Part shown: one piece after another, positions 21,133 to 55,220 of the stretch | How positions within the stretch are numbered: the first letter of the stretch is position 1 | Layout of the letters: each line of letters opens with the position of its first letter | DNA from: Tubiluchus corallicola | Taxonomy: Eukaryota > Animalia > Priapulida | Length of the DNA: 64,000 nt | Direction: 5' to 3' | Assembly (NCBI GenBank): GCA_030141605.1 | Contig: JAQGDQ010000061.1 | Span: 369,496-433,495 of the forward strand | Translations under genes and position numbers: made by a program | Notes under the pieces: generated by a model | Databases searched by the model: none | Seen by the model: only the letters and a program-made list of their open reading frames with translations | Told to the model about the DNA's origin: nothing

Positions 21133-21848
21133 GCCTGCCTGCCTGCCTGCATATTTTCCGCCTAACCATGTACTCTGCAGTCTTTTATACTATTCTCAAG
21201 ACATATTTTGGTGGCTGACTCGATGACCGCCTGGTCTTTCGCCACCCGATCTCTTCACACTTTACATAATTTGTTGTAATTGTTTTATGAATATAGTATT
21301 GGAATTAAATAAACTTTTGAGATGAATTGAATTGAGTTACACGAAATGGTTAGTTGATTTATAAAAGTCGTAACTTTTGTGTTGCTTTGTGTCAAAGAGT
21401 AAAACTTTTATGTTCCAGGGGATTCCATGATGTACGGAGCAATCGGCTCGGGTTCTTGCATCAATGGAAGGGAATTTACTACACCAGACAGAGACAACGA
21501 TATCCAAAGCATTAATTGTGCCTCCATATCGTACATGGCGTGAGTCTGCTATGATATTTTAAGTAATGTCTTCATTCAGTGCGTTTAACGTTGCAGAACA
21601 AAGCTTCATTTGGATGCTTTAATAATAATAATAATTTTATTTAAACATTTTGTAGAGCACTACGTGTATGTTCTTGTTCCATTTTCAGTGGCGGATGGTG
21701 GTTTAGTGCTTGTGGATTTGCAAATCTGAACGCTCCATATAAAAACTACAATGATCGAAATACGGAAGGCATCAGCTGGTTCACTATGTCCTTTTCGATG
21801 CACAAATCACTTCAAGGGACAGAGATGAAGCTTCGACCCAAACAATAA
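17228..21848 (+). CDS. Fibrinogen-related protein 1: signal peptide + PAN/Apple + mucin-like repeats + fibrinogen C-terminal domain, about 456 aa
   Basis: Exons 17228-17534, 18182-18696, 19812-19908, 20244-20414, 21419-21539, 21689-21848; all GT-AG and phase-consistent (1371 nt). FReD motifs: [86 protein letters not shown]-like [19 protein letters not shown]. Confidence 0.92.
18289..18552 (+). repeat. Coding minisatellite, 8 x 33 bp (ITSPE[D/A]ITTAP)
   Basis: ATCACAAGCCCAGAAG(A/C)TATTACAACTGCTCCA repeated eight times; copies 3 and 8 carry GCT. Confidence 0.97.
20966..21150. repeat. Compound (TCTA)/(TCTG)/(CCTG) microsatellite in FReD-1 intron 4
   Basis: Directly visible. Confidence 0.9.
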
Positions 21849-22164
21849 ACAATGTGGAAAACATGTTTATTGAAAACATTAATAACTAATGAACCGTGTG
21901 TGTTTGGCATTTACTGAAATCGTGAATGACGACGTTGACAAGGACAATGAGAATGACGACGATGACAAAGACAATGAGAATGACGACAACAATAAAGACA
22001 ATTCTACAATACCGTTTCCTACTCTTTTATTCCCACACATGTGCAACAGTAATTATGTGCATATAAAACGGATATGGAAACACCTTGGACCAATATGCAC
22101 GTTAGACATTTGCCAGTTCTGTTTCGGAGCCTGCTACCTTAGCACCATCAGCCTTGTCTTTTAC

Positions 22165-22406
22165 TCAGGATTATGATCTTTTGGGGGCGCTAGGCTAACG
22201 AAATTACGGGCACTCTCAGTAAAAGCTTTCTTTAAGAAATACCCCTGTTTTACTGTTTATTGTAAACCGAATTAGCACACATTTCAACACCACCGTAGTG
22301 AAAAACAAATATTTTACTAAATATTACCGAAGCTTGAAGCCCTCCCCCCAAGCTTAAGAGGCGCTAGGCTGCAGCCTATACTGGCCTATAGGATAATCCG
22401 CCCTTG
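22165..22406. mobile_element. MITE-like remnant
   Basis: GGCGCTAGGCT occurs twice and the segment ends GGCCTATAGGATAATCCGCCCTTG, like GC-rich invertebrate MITE termini; the left terminus is degraded. Confidence 0.4.
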
Positions 22407-23088
22407 CTCTTACTATGTCGATCTTGGTGTTTGTTACCTCGATGTCCACAAATTGTGTACATGCGACAACGGTGCCTACGACATTGGTGTACGAACTGAC
22501 TTGACTAACTGACAGACTTTCCATCTAAGTCATGACAAACTCATTGAATAATTGACGACTCACTCATTCTGAGGTATTGGACGAGTTTGGGTTTACTAAG
22601 TTTCTGACTGGCTTAACAACTAATTAAATGACTGGCCAGTTAATTATCATTTATCTTGAATGAGTGTAGCTTAGCAACTTATTCACTGACTTATTTAGTG
22701 TTTGAATGAAGAGTTATTCACTGACTAACTGATTGCCTTATTAAATTCCTGGTTGCCTATCAGATTAATTAAGTGACACAGTGATAAGACCGTGCGTCTG
22801 ATTTAATGATGGTTTCACTTCGTAATAAAGTATCATCTTAATGAGAATCTATCTTTGTAATTAGAACTTGCACACTTTAAAAATTACATCTTTCAGGCCC
22901 TGCCTGAAATTTAACTATTTGTCTACTGTGACTACCAGTACTTTGCTTTTGTCTACCTAGTCATTGACATTACTTCCAATTTTAAGTTCACCCAGTTGAG
23001 TTAAGCATGATTCATCCATCCTAAAAGGTACAACCTCGGCTTTGTTCAGATTACAGTTAATTTTTTCCTCCATTTTCTGTACTTCCAA

Positions 23089-23360
<272 letters not shown>

Positions 23361-23365
<5 letters not shown>

Positions 23366-23846
23366 TGGAATGGTCCCATTTGTTTCGTTTACAGAATAGT
23401 GCAATGATTTAGTACTGTGTACAAGAAATTTAAATAAAAATGTTTAATGCACACCGATGATCACTAAAGATATGTTTTCCTAAAAATTTGTAAATTTAAC
23501 AGTTGCCAAGTGATGCTCCAAAGTGTAATTGCTAATTTCTAATTTCAGTGAGTTGTGTACACAAACAGTTTAAAAACATCAGGAAAGTAGATAAGCAGAA
23601 CAATTTGAAGGTCTTCGGTATAAAAGGAGGCAAATTTTACGCTGCTTTTTGTAATTAATCATTTGAGTTTTTGATAACTAAACTAAATTAAGTAGTTCAA
23701 TAATTAATAAGTTGTCGATAAACTCCGGCCTGTTTCTTTGCAATTTTGATATGGTTTCTGAACATAGTTAGAATTCGTAAATCTAAGTGAAACAAATCGC
23801 CACATAGGCCTATACAATGACCTAAGCATTAATTAAAAAACCTAGG
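23361..23846 (-). repeat. Inverted copy of 12088-12568, flanked on both sides by (GA)n
   Basis: Reverse-complement match with scattered substitutions and small indels. Confidence 0.92.
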
Positions 23847-23849
23847 TTA

Positions 23850-23986
<137 letters not shown>

Positions 23987-24465
23987 TGTAGGGAGTGAAA
24001 CCAAAGACAGAAGAGGTCATGCAACTATTACCGTGAACCCGGATTAATGTGCAGAAAACATATAGGAGTAAGCTAAACGGAAATTTCATTTTTAGGAGAT
24101 TAAATTGGTGTTTATGGATTTACCTGTTGGATTTATGTCAACTGCAAGCTCGCATGTTGATATCGAAGGATAGCCTCAATTTTCGCCAAAAACTGTTTAA
24201 TTATTTAAACTTTCATTACAGCTTTTTGCTGTTTGCGAAGTACAAAAATAAACTCTCTGTCTAGTTGATTACGCAAGCATTACTATCAATAGTTACAGTT
24301 TTGTATTTAGTAAATTAGTAAACTGATTTCACACTATACTAGAATGGATGATGAAATGAAATTATTGCTATGTGGTGGTGCGTATGTTTTATATTCATTG
24401 CAGAAACAAATTCAATATGTTAATTCTAGAAAAAAAAATTTCAATTAATTGTTTCTTCAAGATTT
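23987..24465 (+). repeat. About 500-bp direct repeat; copy at 25772-26310, older partial copy at about 13180-13320
   Basis: Both copies follow a GA tract, start TAGGGAGTGAAACCAAAGA, share GAAATTTCATTTTTAGGAGATTAAA and AAACTGATTTCACACTATACT, and end TTGTTTCTTCAAGATTTA. Confidence 0.88.
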
Positions 24466-24469
24466 ATTT

Positions 24470-24890
24470 ACATTATGATTACTATACTTGTCAACTAGCG
24501 CATTGATTGTAGTCACTTCTAAACCACCAGAATGCATTTGCGGGTCTGTGATGGGTATTATTTGTAGACTTCTTGGAACACACAAAACTTCTAGGAAATG
24601 CGCTTTTGTTTTTGTCTTAGTATCATATCATGTACTAAAAAGTTTGTTGTGGCAATTTATGAGCGATTTTGAGAGTTTTTTGAACAGAGAAAAAGTGGTG
24701 TTGAAAGGCACTGCATGTTACTAAAACACTTCCACTGAACCGAACAGGCACAGCGTAATTCTAAATTCCATTTCACAGACTTTTTTCTATCTATCTATTC
24801 TATCTATCTATCTATTCATGAAAACAGCAAATAAATGTAGAAGATTAACTGCACAATTATAAAGAAAATAAGTAAACTTGATTACTCTAT
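24470..24890 (+). repeat. Duplicate of the PKD1L 3' flank (2434-2858)
   Basis: Matches such as TTTGAACAGAGAAAAAGTGGTGTTGAAAGGCACTGCA and GCACAATTATAAAGAAAATAAGTAAACTTGATTACTCTAT. Confidence 0.92.
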
Positions 24891-25679
24891 GAACACGATA
24901 ATTACGGGATTGTCAAAAATGTCGCAAACAGAACAACATCTTCAAATGGATCAATTTGATTTGGTTTTACAACAACTGTTCCAGTAAATATACTCATATG
25001 ATAGCATCTACAATGAATTCTACTTGGCGTTGTTAATTGACCCACAAAACGTCCTCTGTCCAACCAATTGTTCAGTGATATGTTCCAATATAGACACTTT
25101 ACTGAGTAAAAGCTGAGATTGAAGTCAACACGTCGTATGGGTGGGTTAACAGTAGGAGTTAAATTTGCAACCACATAGCATGAAAATATTTTTTCGTTTT
25201 CTAATGGGCTACCCTCCAGCCAAGTCATACAGGGACAAGTAAACTCTAAATGTTCATCCATGATAACTATCTTTTCCAGGAGCCACGCTGCTCCTATTCC
25301 CTGGTTGTTGTGCCAAACAGTAATTTTTTCCAATTTTCCAATTGACTTTGACTTTATTGTAAATTTTTCAACTGTAGCCCGTTTAAAAGTTCTTTTAGAG
25401 AGCAGCAGCTCATTTGTAATTCTGCGATTACCATGAAGTCTAAGATACACACTTGCCCTGGTACCACTACCCTTAATATCAGCTGTTTGTGAAAACACAA
25501 AATATGTCAAATCTGGCTCCTCAAATGCAGGAGTTGCAGCCTCATTTTGCTCTTCATTTGTTTTCCATGGAATATTAGCACAATTATCATTGTTCTTAAT
25601 TACGTACTGCCTGCATACTTGATTAGCCATTGAATAACAAGATGTGCGTAGGTTTTTGCAGGCTTTGACACAATTTTGT

Positions 25680-25681
<2 letters not shown>
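24889..25681 (-). pseudogene. Recent truncated PKD1L duplicate (extracellular PLAT + GPS + start of TM1)
   Basis: Near-identical to 6425-7218. A 1-bp deletion (A6 to A5) causes a frameshift, a GPS Cys is lost (GGCF to RGRF), there is no ATG, and the 5' end abuts a (GA)n tract. Confidence 0.92.

Positions 25682-25682
<1 letters not shown>

Positions 25683-25771
<89 letters not shown>
25683..25771. repeat. (GA)n microsatellite
   Basis: Directly visible. Confidence 0.97.
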
Positions 25772-25776
<5 letters not shown>

Positions 25777-26310
25777 TAGGGAGTGAAACCAAAGAAAGGA
25801 AAGGTAAGTGCCCAAAATTTTTAATGCAGGCACGCTTACAAGCAACTCTTGCCGTGAACTCGGACTAATATGCAGTAAACATATAGGTATAAGATGCACT
25901 GAAATTTCATTTTTAGGAGATTAAAAGACTAACCTATTGGTGTTTGTGTATTTACCTCAACTGCAACCCCACAAGCTGATGTAAGAATGAATAATAGGAA
26001 TCAATAGGTAGTATCAATTTTCGCCAAAAACTGTTTAATTATTTAAACTTTTAATGCAGCGTTTTGCCGTTTGCGATTTGAAAAACAAACACTTTGTCTA
26101 GTTGGTTACGTATGAATTAAAACCAATAGTCATTGTGGTGTATTTAGTAATTCAGCAAACTGATTTCACACTATACTGGAATAGCGGATGAAATAAAATT
26201 ATTGCTGTGGGTAGTCCGTATGTTTTATATTCATTAATGAAACACGAACAAATTCAATATGTTAATTCTATTAAGAAAGTTTTTTTCATTTATTGTTTCT
26301 TCAAGATTTA
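25772..26310 (+). repeat. Second copy of the direct repeat at 23987-24465
   Basis: Same shared blocks as the first copy. Confidence 0.88.
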
Positions 26311-26677
26311 AGTGTGCATTTGCAGAATGAGCTTGTCATAGAGCATTGATGGTTTTAGCTGGATCGCCAGAGACTTGGTGGTATGTTAAGGAATCCTGAA
26401 GAAAGTACATGCACAGTCTATTTAGAAAGCTTAGTTGAATGACTAATGGTAACAGTAATAAGTAATAAATTTGTTATTTACTCAATAAATTGAAAAGCAA
26501 TATGATAGTACTAGGGATAAAATTTGCACATATGATTGTAAAGGCACATTTTACGTACTGATAAAAATTACAATAAAAATTGCTATAAAAACCAATCAAG
26601 AAAAGGAGAGGATGAAGAAAAACAGTATTTCCTTCTCTTCAGGTCGACGTTATTTTGCCAAAAAACACATTAACTTT

Positions 26678-27250
26678 CAACATTACTATCTATATTTAGC
26701 TTATACATTATATTACAATTTACATCGCCCATACGTACAAAGTTATACATAAAACACATTGCATTTCTTTGGCCAACTATTTGAGCATTTCATAAATGCA
26801 ATTTCTACAGTAAACGCAATGTTTTTAGGCTAATTATAGGAGCAAATGCAGTTTCAAAGAGAGTATTATTCTACATTATGGTAAGTAGCAATTTTTGATG
26901 TTAACTTTACAAAATACAAGGCGCAGCGAAAAAAATATACACAAAAGTAATTGTAATTAACATTACTATCTGTTTTAGCTTGCAAATTATATTACAATTT
27001 ACATCACGCGCACGTACAAAATTGTACATAAAAAGCGCACACGTTGTATTTTAAAATCAACTCTTTGGGCATTTCCTAAATGCAGTGTGTGCAGTAATGC
27101 CATATTTGGCTAATTAAAAGAGCAAATACAGTTCTAGAATTATTATTATTATTATTATTATTATACATTATGGTGAGTAGGTAACAATTTTTGACGTAAA
27201 AATTACAAAATTACAAGACGCGATGAAAAAATATGTAAAAAGGTAATTTA
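26678..27250 (+). repeat. Tandem duplication of an approximately 280-bp unit
   Basis: AACATTACTATCT...TTAGCTT....ATTATATTACAATTTACATC occurs at about 26679 and about 26959; both units contain TACATTATGGT(A/G)AGTAG. Confidence 0.85.
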
Positions 27251-27928
27251 AAGATAATTCTAGGTAATTTTGTCTGTTTTGTTCTAATATTTTCTCCTGA
27301 TCTTCTTAGATAAATATAAATATAGCTAGGTAAAATAAATACAATATATCTATATTACAATATATGTGTAGAGCAGCAAAAATTGTATTTATATGTATCT
27401 GTATACATAATTGTATAAATACAATTTTTGCAGCGCCAGAAATATTTGAACTGAATATTAAAGAAGACCATGGTTTTTGTATTAAAATTAGTCTTCTTGC
27501 TTTGTCGAAGAACAGAAAAGATATTTTGTTATTAGGAGAGAAAGCTGCTAGGTAATGAAACGTGAAATAACGTTTGTCTTTGAACAAAACCAAACCAACT
27601 AGCGAAAGCGGCTGGTGGGTCTCTCTCTCTGGTCACTTCGCATCCCGTGGATTTGAAGCAAAGAGGTCCAAGTTCGAATCCAGGTTGGTGTTGTTGGGGT
27701 GAATTTACGTTCGTTTATTGTTGAGAAAACGACTTTTGAAATGAGCCGAAGAGAAGAAAAATCTGAAGTTAATTTGCCAAAAAGTGCACTTTATGTCTTC
27801 ATGCTGGTTCTAACGGCAGAGTGTTGTAACACGCTAGTTGCTGTCTGTCCGTCCACCTGCAGAATCTTGAAAAAAAGTGTACACTTTTAGCTATAAGTAG
27901 GCTAACATGGAATAGTTCCGTGATTCGG

Positions 27929-28030
27929 CAGACAGACAGGCAGGCAGGCAGGCAGACAGACAGACAGACACACAGACAGACAGACAGACAGTCAGACAGA
28001 CAGACAGACGGACGGACGGACAGGGACAGG
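27929..28030. repeat. (CAGA)/(CAGG)/(CGGA) microsatellite, probably within a repeat element
   Basis: Directly visible. Confidence 0.85.
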
Positions 28031-28265
28031 TATCTCAGCTCCTGGCATCCGGAATGTGTTAGGCATTATGACGCAAAACTTACTTTACATTGTTTCTAAT
28101 GAACATTTCTATTTTCGAAACACGTGCAAATCTTGATTCTGCTCGTAATTTAAGGAGTTATTTATTTATAATAATTTTAGAATTCTTAGGTGCACGTGTT
28201 AAAATATTTGTGGTGCCTGACAAGTCTCCTGGTCAGTTCCGTTTTGTTCCATATGGAAAGGTGGA

Positions 28266-28282
28266 GAAAGAGCGAGCGAGCA

Positions 28283-28367
<85 letters not shown>

Positions 28368-28380
28368 CAGAGAGCGAGAG
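28266..28380. repeat. (GA)n microsatellite upstream of FReD-2
   Basis: Directly visible. Confidence 0.95.
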
Positions 28381-28616
28381 AAAAGGGAGGCGGGGCTGAT
28401 GGGCAATCTGATCATATTTTTAAACCTCAAACTGTTCATCTGACTGCATTTAATTTATTTCAAGACTTTCTTTTTCAGTGGAACAGTTTAGCTTAACACA
28501 ACATTGCAAAATTAATGGTTTCAGAGACAAAAGCGAATGACATACTTGAAAGGACCATTTCATACGTGAGAGACGAATGCAGATGATTAACAGTGTCAAG
28601 CATTATAGAAACAAAA

Positions 28617-31600
28617 ATGTCATTTTTTCAGCTATGTTGGTTCTTAACTTTAATAAGCTTTTATAACTGTGAGTTGCTGCTTGATTGTAGCTTTACACGT
28701 GATCAAAACAACAAATTGAGTGTTAATTATATTCTATTGGCGAGTACTGAAAGAAGTGCCATCTGGTGTGCAGCAAGGCGTACTAGAGATGAAACATGCA
28801 TAGCTTTTCAGTACCATCCAACAACCATGCTCTGCGAAACAAGCTTCTCTACAGTGCGCGACAATTCTTCTGATAATGATACTCAGATTTGGCTGCTAGG
28901 TGAGCATTTTCTAGCATTTTCCCCGTTTTGTAATAAGATTCAATTGCTTATTATTAATTTTTAACGTGACAGCTAAGAAGTGAACTCAAACTAAGTCATT
29001 TCGGCATCAAGTAACCGTGGGCCAATGATTAATATGACCGTGCGAATTAATATAAACATTACTGAATGTAAAATTTAAATTATTAGTGCATACAAAGTGA
29101 TAAAGTACACAGGTCTTTAATAACATGTCAAGCCATATCTAATTGATTCATTAAAAAGTTTGTTTTCTGAAGCTGGACCACACACCCGTTTTCATTTAGT
29201 AATGATTAGTAGTAATACGTCACAGTTAATAAATTCAAATCGTTTACACTGCCTCAGCAATGTATTAGTTCTGGTGTGTATTTCACACATTGTTAAACAA
29301 TGTTTTTAGGTTAAGCCAATCAGCTAAGTTAAACTAGGGTAAGCCAACTAGCTCTGCAACTGTATAACGTAGATACGTTTCGAATATTTCTGAATAGATA
29401 CTGCAGTGTGCCCGAGAACACCCAAAACAACTGAGTCATTTTTTACTTCAACAATGACGACGACACTAACTACTGTTGACATTACGTCACCAAAAATTAC
29501 TACTGAGCTAACAACAGTCACAAGCCCAGAAGAAATTACAACTGCTTCAACAACCATTTCCGTCGAATCAACTACGGCTTCTTCGCCACTTCCTTGCTGG
29601 GAACTGTCTTCAGCTGCACCTAGTGGCGTCTATGAGGTCTTACCTGATGTTTTTGCTTACTGTGACATGAACACTGATAGTGGAGGATGGATGGTAAATA
29701 GCATGTTAATTCTAGCTTTGTGCTATAGTATTACGTCACTCAAAATCAGTTTAAAAAATATATGTGCACAAATACGAAATTTAGATTCTTCTTATTAGCT
29801 GTTTTTGTTTTAACTAGGTGTAATGCACAATGACTTTCCTGATAGAGCTCTACACTTAATCAGTAGTAAGTAATTCAGTCATATATTTTACAGGTGTTTC
29901 AAAGAAGACTTGATGGTTCTGTGTCTTTTATCCGAAATTGGGACGAATACAAGATTGGTTTTGGTGACCTAACAGCAGAACATTGGTTAGGTGAGTGAGT
30001 ACAGTAGGGAGAAATGTCACATTTTTTATTGCAAGTGCATGCGTCTAACGCCCCCATGAGTGCATGCGTGTAGTGCCTCCATGAGTGCATGCGTGTAGCG
30101 CCTCCATGGCACCCCGGATTGGTTTCAAAACACAAACTGAGTTGACGTCCGATATGAAAGAAAAATTTTGTTCTTTTAAGGCGAAGGTTAATACAATAGA
30201 AAGTTAACGCTGAAATCAGAATATCGCACGTTATCTAAATTTCTTATGCACAAAGCCAAACAGCTTTCCAGCCTCCAGAGTGCACTTTCGATTACTTCAC
30301 TTCTGCTAGTTTAATAAATTCCTGTATGCCATTTTTCGCGTACTGTCACAAAACAGTTTTTCTTATGTTCTTTGAATGCAAAGCATTCTCTGAAAATAAT
30401 TTTTTATACTTAATATTATCGTAGAGTGCATGGTGCTTATGCGCATGTCATGGCGTACTTCTGAAAATTTAAAGAAAGAAGTAGTAAAAGTGGAATTGTG
30501 GAATCAAGTAACTCGCCAGATATCTAATCCACGTGCTCCATGCCGTTTGTCATTACGGAGCAGGTGCGGAGGTGGACAACGTACCTGTCCGTCAGCCCAC
30601 TGAACCGACGACCCTATTCCATAGCGACGGTTTCATACCTGGTATTCAATGCCACTATACAACGGCTTTGTACGGACGAGACCACCACAATGCAGAGGTC
30701 TGGGTCTACAAGAAATGGCCAGATAACAATGTAATTTTTCAGTTGTTAAATAAGCTCGACATCTTTAACCCATTTGTTTTGATTTTCAGGATTGGACACT
30801 CTGCACAGTTTTACATCTACCAATAATATGGAACTGAGAATTGAATTGAAAAAGTACGACGACGCAACAGATTATTATGCACTTTATGGTGGCTTCACTG
30901 TTGCTTCTGAGTGGGAAAATTATAAATTAGGGTTAGAGACATACTTGGACGGAAACTGTGGTATGTATAACTGTCAGATAGTATAAGGTGAAGCGAAATC
31001 GGGTAGAGGTTCCATTAATTGTAAAAAAAATTACACAATTTTCTTTAAGCCATGATCATTGGTCATGCAACTTTGGACTTTTCCACCAATTATATCTTTT
31101 CAACTGTTTATTTTAGGGGCGTGCCCTCCCCCACACACGCTCACAATCCTTTGTAGTAATCACCTCTCTTCAACCATTTTTAGCAGGGGCGTGAAACAGT
31201 TCCACAGAACACTTCCACAGAACAGAGACCCGCGCGCATTGAGTTCGTACATAAGCCCTACTGTTTTCCATTGTGTCTCTATTCTTTATTATGTAACACT
31301 GTGTACATAGAAGACTGTATAATGCGAAGATAAGGTGCAAGATGAGCAACACGTAATAACAAGATGAAGAGTAACGGAAGGAGTGCGACCAAAATACAAT
31401 GATATGACTTTTAATAGCACAGACGATCTGTTTAATTTGAGCCGGAATCATGTGCAAAAGTATTACAGATATACTAAATTTATTCCCATATCAATCTCGC
31501 TACAATACTATTGTATAGTATAAACGCAAGGATGTATGTAGAGTGAATATTTATTGTTATTATTATTATTTTGTTGTGAAGTGTTTGCTGGACTAATATC

Positions 31601-32789
31601 AATAAACTACTATTAACACCTAATTAACTAATTAACAATAATGGCTATGCAAATTCTGAATTGAACTGCCCCATTCTAGAAAGTATGAAGCACATTTCTC
31701 ACACTGCGTTAGGGGGACAAGACAACACGCCAGTAATTTTACTCTCTATTCATTTAAATGCCAGGAAGTCCAAGAGATACTCGCCAAATCGTTTGCTAGC
31801 TTTTATACGTAGTTTAGTGTCATGTGATTTAATTTTAACCAGTGTGAATTTCATTTAGGTTTTATAATGATCGTTTAATTACAGCCCATCTTTAGTGTGA
31901 TTTTAATTACGCTGCTTAGAGTATGATTTTATAAATTACCAATTAATATTCGTTCATTAATTTCTTTTACCTTTTTTACGCGCCCGTTTACCTTTCCAAA
32001 CGGTAGGTAAACCGTTTGGAAACTTACATTTTTACGTATTAGATTCACACATAGACACGGAAACACTGAAAATATTTAAACTGTTATTATTAATAATAAA
32101 TAAAAATTTTAAATATCATTTTAATGTCGGTGGTACCCTGAGGGCGGGTATTGTCGTGGGTTGGGTGACCGAGTGGTTTAAATTTCGGCCTGGAACCACG
32201 CAGTCTTGAGTTCAATTCTAGCGGCAGCCAACGCAAGACATATTCTCTACCGTTAGTATGTCAGTGTCGTTCGTGCTAATATTGTCCGATAAACGAGCGA
32301 TGAACGATGTTGTATTTTTACCGTCTTTGTCTAGGTCATAATTATATCATGGTGTATAAACTGTAATATCAATATTTCAATGCTAGGAGATTCTATGATG
32401 TATGGAACAATCGGTTCAGGATCGTGTGTCAATGGAAGAGATTTTAGCACACCAGACAGAGATAATGATATTCATAGCCTTGATTGTGCCTCCATATCCT
32501 ACATGACGTAAGTTTATTTCTGTAAAGTGTCTCACGAACAATACTAAATTTTACGAGTTTAGAATTTAGCAAATAAACATAATGCAGAGTTAAGGAAGAA
32601 TAAGTGGATTTTGTTGTGTTATATTCCAGTGGAGGATGGTGGTTCAGCGCTTGTGGATTTGCCAATCTGAACGCTCCCTATAGAAACTATGACAACCGCA
32701 ATACGAACGGCGTCGGTTGGTACACTCTTTTTAACTCGATGGCCAAATCACTGGAAGGAACAGAAATGAAAGTTCGACCCAAACAATAA
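28617..32789 (+). CDS. Fibrinogen-related protein 2, paralogue of FReD-1, about 375 aa
   Basis: Exons 28617-28899, 29398-29693, 29894-29990, 30790-30960, 32387-32507, 32630-32789 (1128 nt). Intron phases match FReD-1 and exons 3-6 have identical lengths (97/171/121/160). Confidence 0.92.
32158..32300 (+). mobile_element. tRNA-derived SINE remnant in FReD-2 intron 4
   Basis: A-box-like TGACCGAGTGG (32166) and B-box-like GAGTTCAATTC (32208) at tRNA spacing; I could not form a clean cloverleaf. Confidence 0.55.
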
Positions 32790-33139
32790 ACTACTAAAGA
32801 ATGTACGTCATAATTGTGTTCAGTATTTTTCATTGTTATTTTCATTGTATCTTTGCATTGTTATTTTCACAATAGAAGTCTTTCTGCGAGTTGACGAAGT
32901 AGGTACGGCGTACCTGTAAACCATCTTAACTGAGCAATGTAACAATGGCAAGTTTTCGAAAACTGTAATTATTCAAACTATATTTTTATCCAAAATTTTT
33001 TGCAGCTGAGACTTTGCTATGGATGTGGTAGATGTTGTAAATCAAATAAATGTTTTGCCGAATTTAAATTTCAAATTTCACCAGAAAAGCAGTTTCTTTC
33101 TCACACGGAAAAACCATAATAAATTATTTATTATACAAA

Positions 33140-33300
33140 CGATGTTAGTTAGTTTGTATTTTTGTTTGTGTGTATGTTTCTATGTATGTAGGGTGGTTTA
33201 TTAGTGTGTTTGTTAACGGGATTACGCAAAACTACTTAACAGATTTCCACAAAACTTTGTGGAGAAGTTGGCTTATATTATTCGACAAAAAGTTCGGACT
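33140..33300 (+). mobile_element. Non-autonomous interspersed element fragment (Helentron/HINE-like)
   Basis: A degenerate (TGTT/TGTA)n tract is followed by GGGATTACGCAAAACTACT..AGATTTCCACAAAACTT, a layout I associate from memory with such elements. Confidence 0.4.
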
Positions 33301-33672
33301 TAGCTGACATTAAACTTGAACCATATTATATCAAAGATATTGTGCACGCGCTGCGGTGTACAAAACTCTTTGAAAATTTTGTTTTATTTAAAATTTATTA
33401 GTTATCACTAAAATTAATAATAACACACCACAATCAGGCGAGAAGCAGTTGCTGTACTATCATAGTGAAACATGGATGCATTCACTGGAACCAGCGAATG
33501 GTGAAGGGAGAGATTACATACACTAAAGACCCCAATGAGTAATTACTAAAATTAAAATCTGTGTTACAAACTGGCTGGACATCTTTATTATTGCTCTGTA
33601 AGCACATAGTAACATTCTTCCTCATTTTGAAATCATAAAATTAATTATTATTTTGCGGTCATTTGTTAAAGC

Positions 33673-55220
<21,548 letters not shown>

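Noticed and set aside
24902-25792. 296-aa ORF as a functional PLAT-GPS mini-protein
   Set aside because: Non-ATG start, N-terminus made of microsatellite, lost GPS cysteine and a frameshift before TM1; treated as a pseudogene.
27600-27690. B-box-like GTTCGAATCC suggesting a tRNA
   Set aside because: No A box or cloverleaf; at most a decayed SINE head.
32158-32232. Functional tRNA gene
   Set aside because: The stems do not pair convincingly; more consistent with a SINE.
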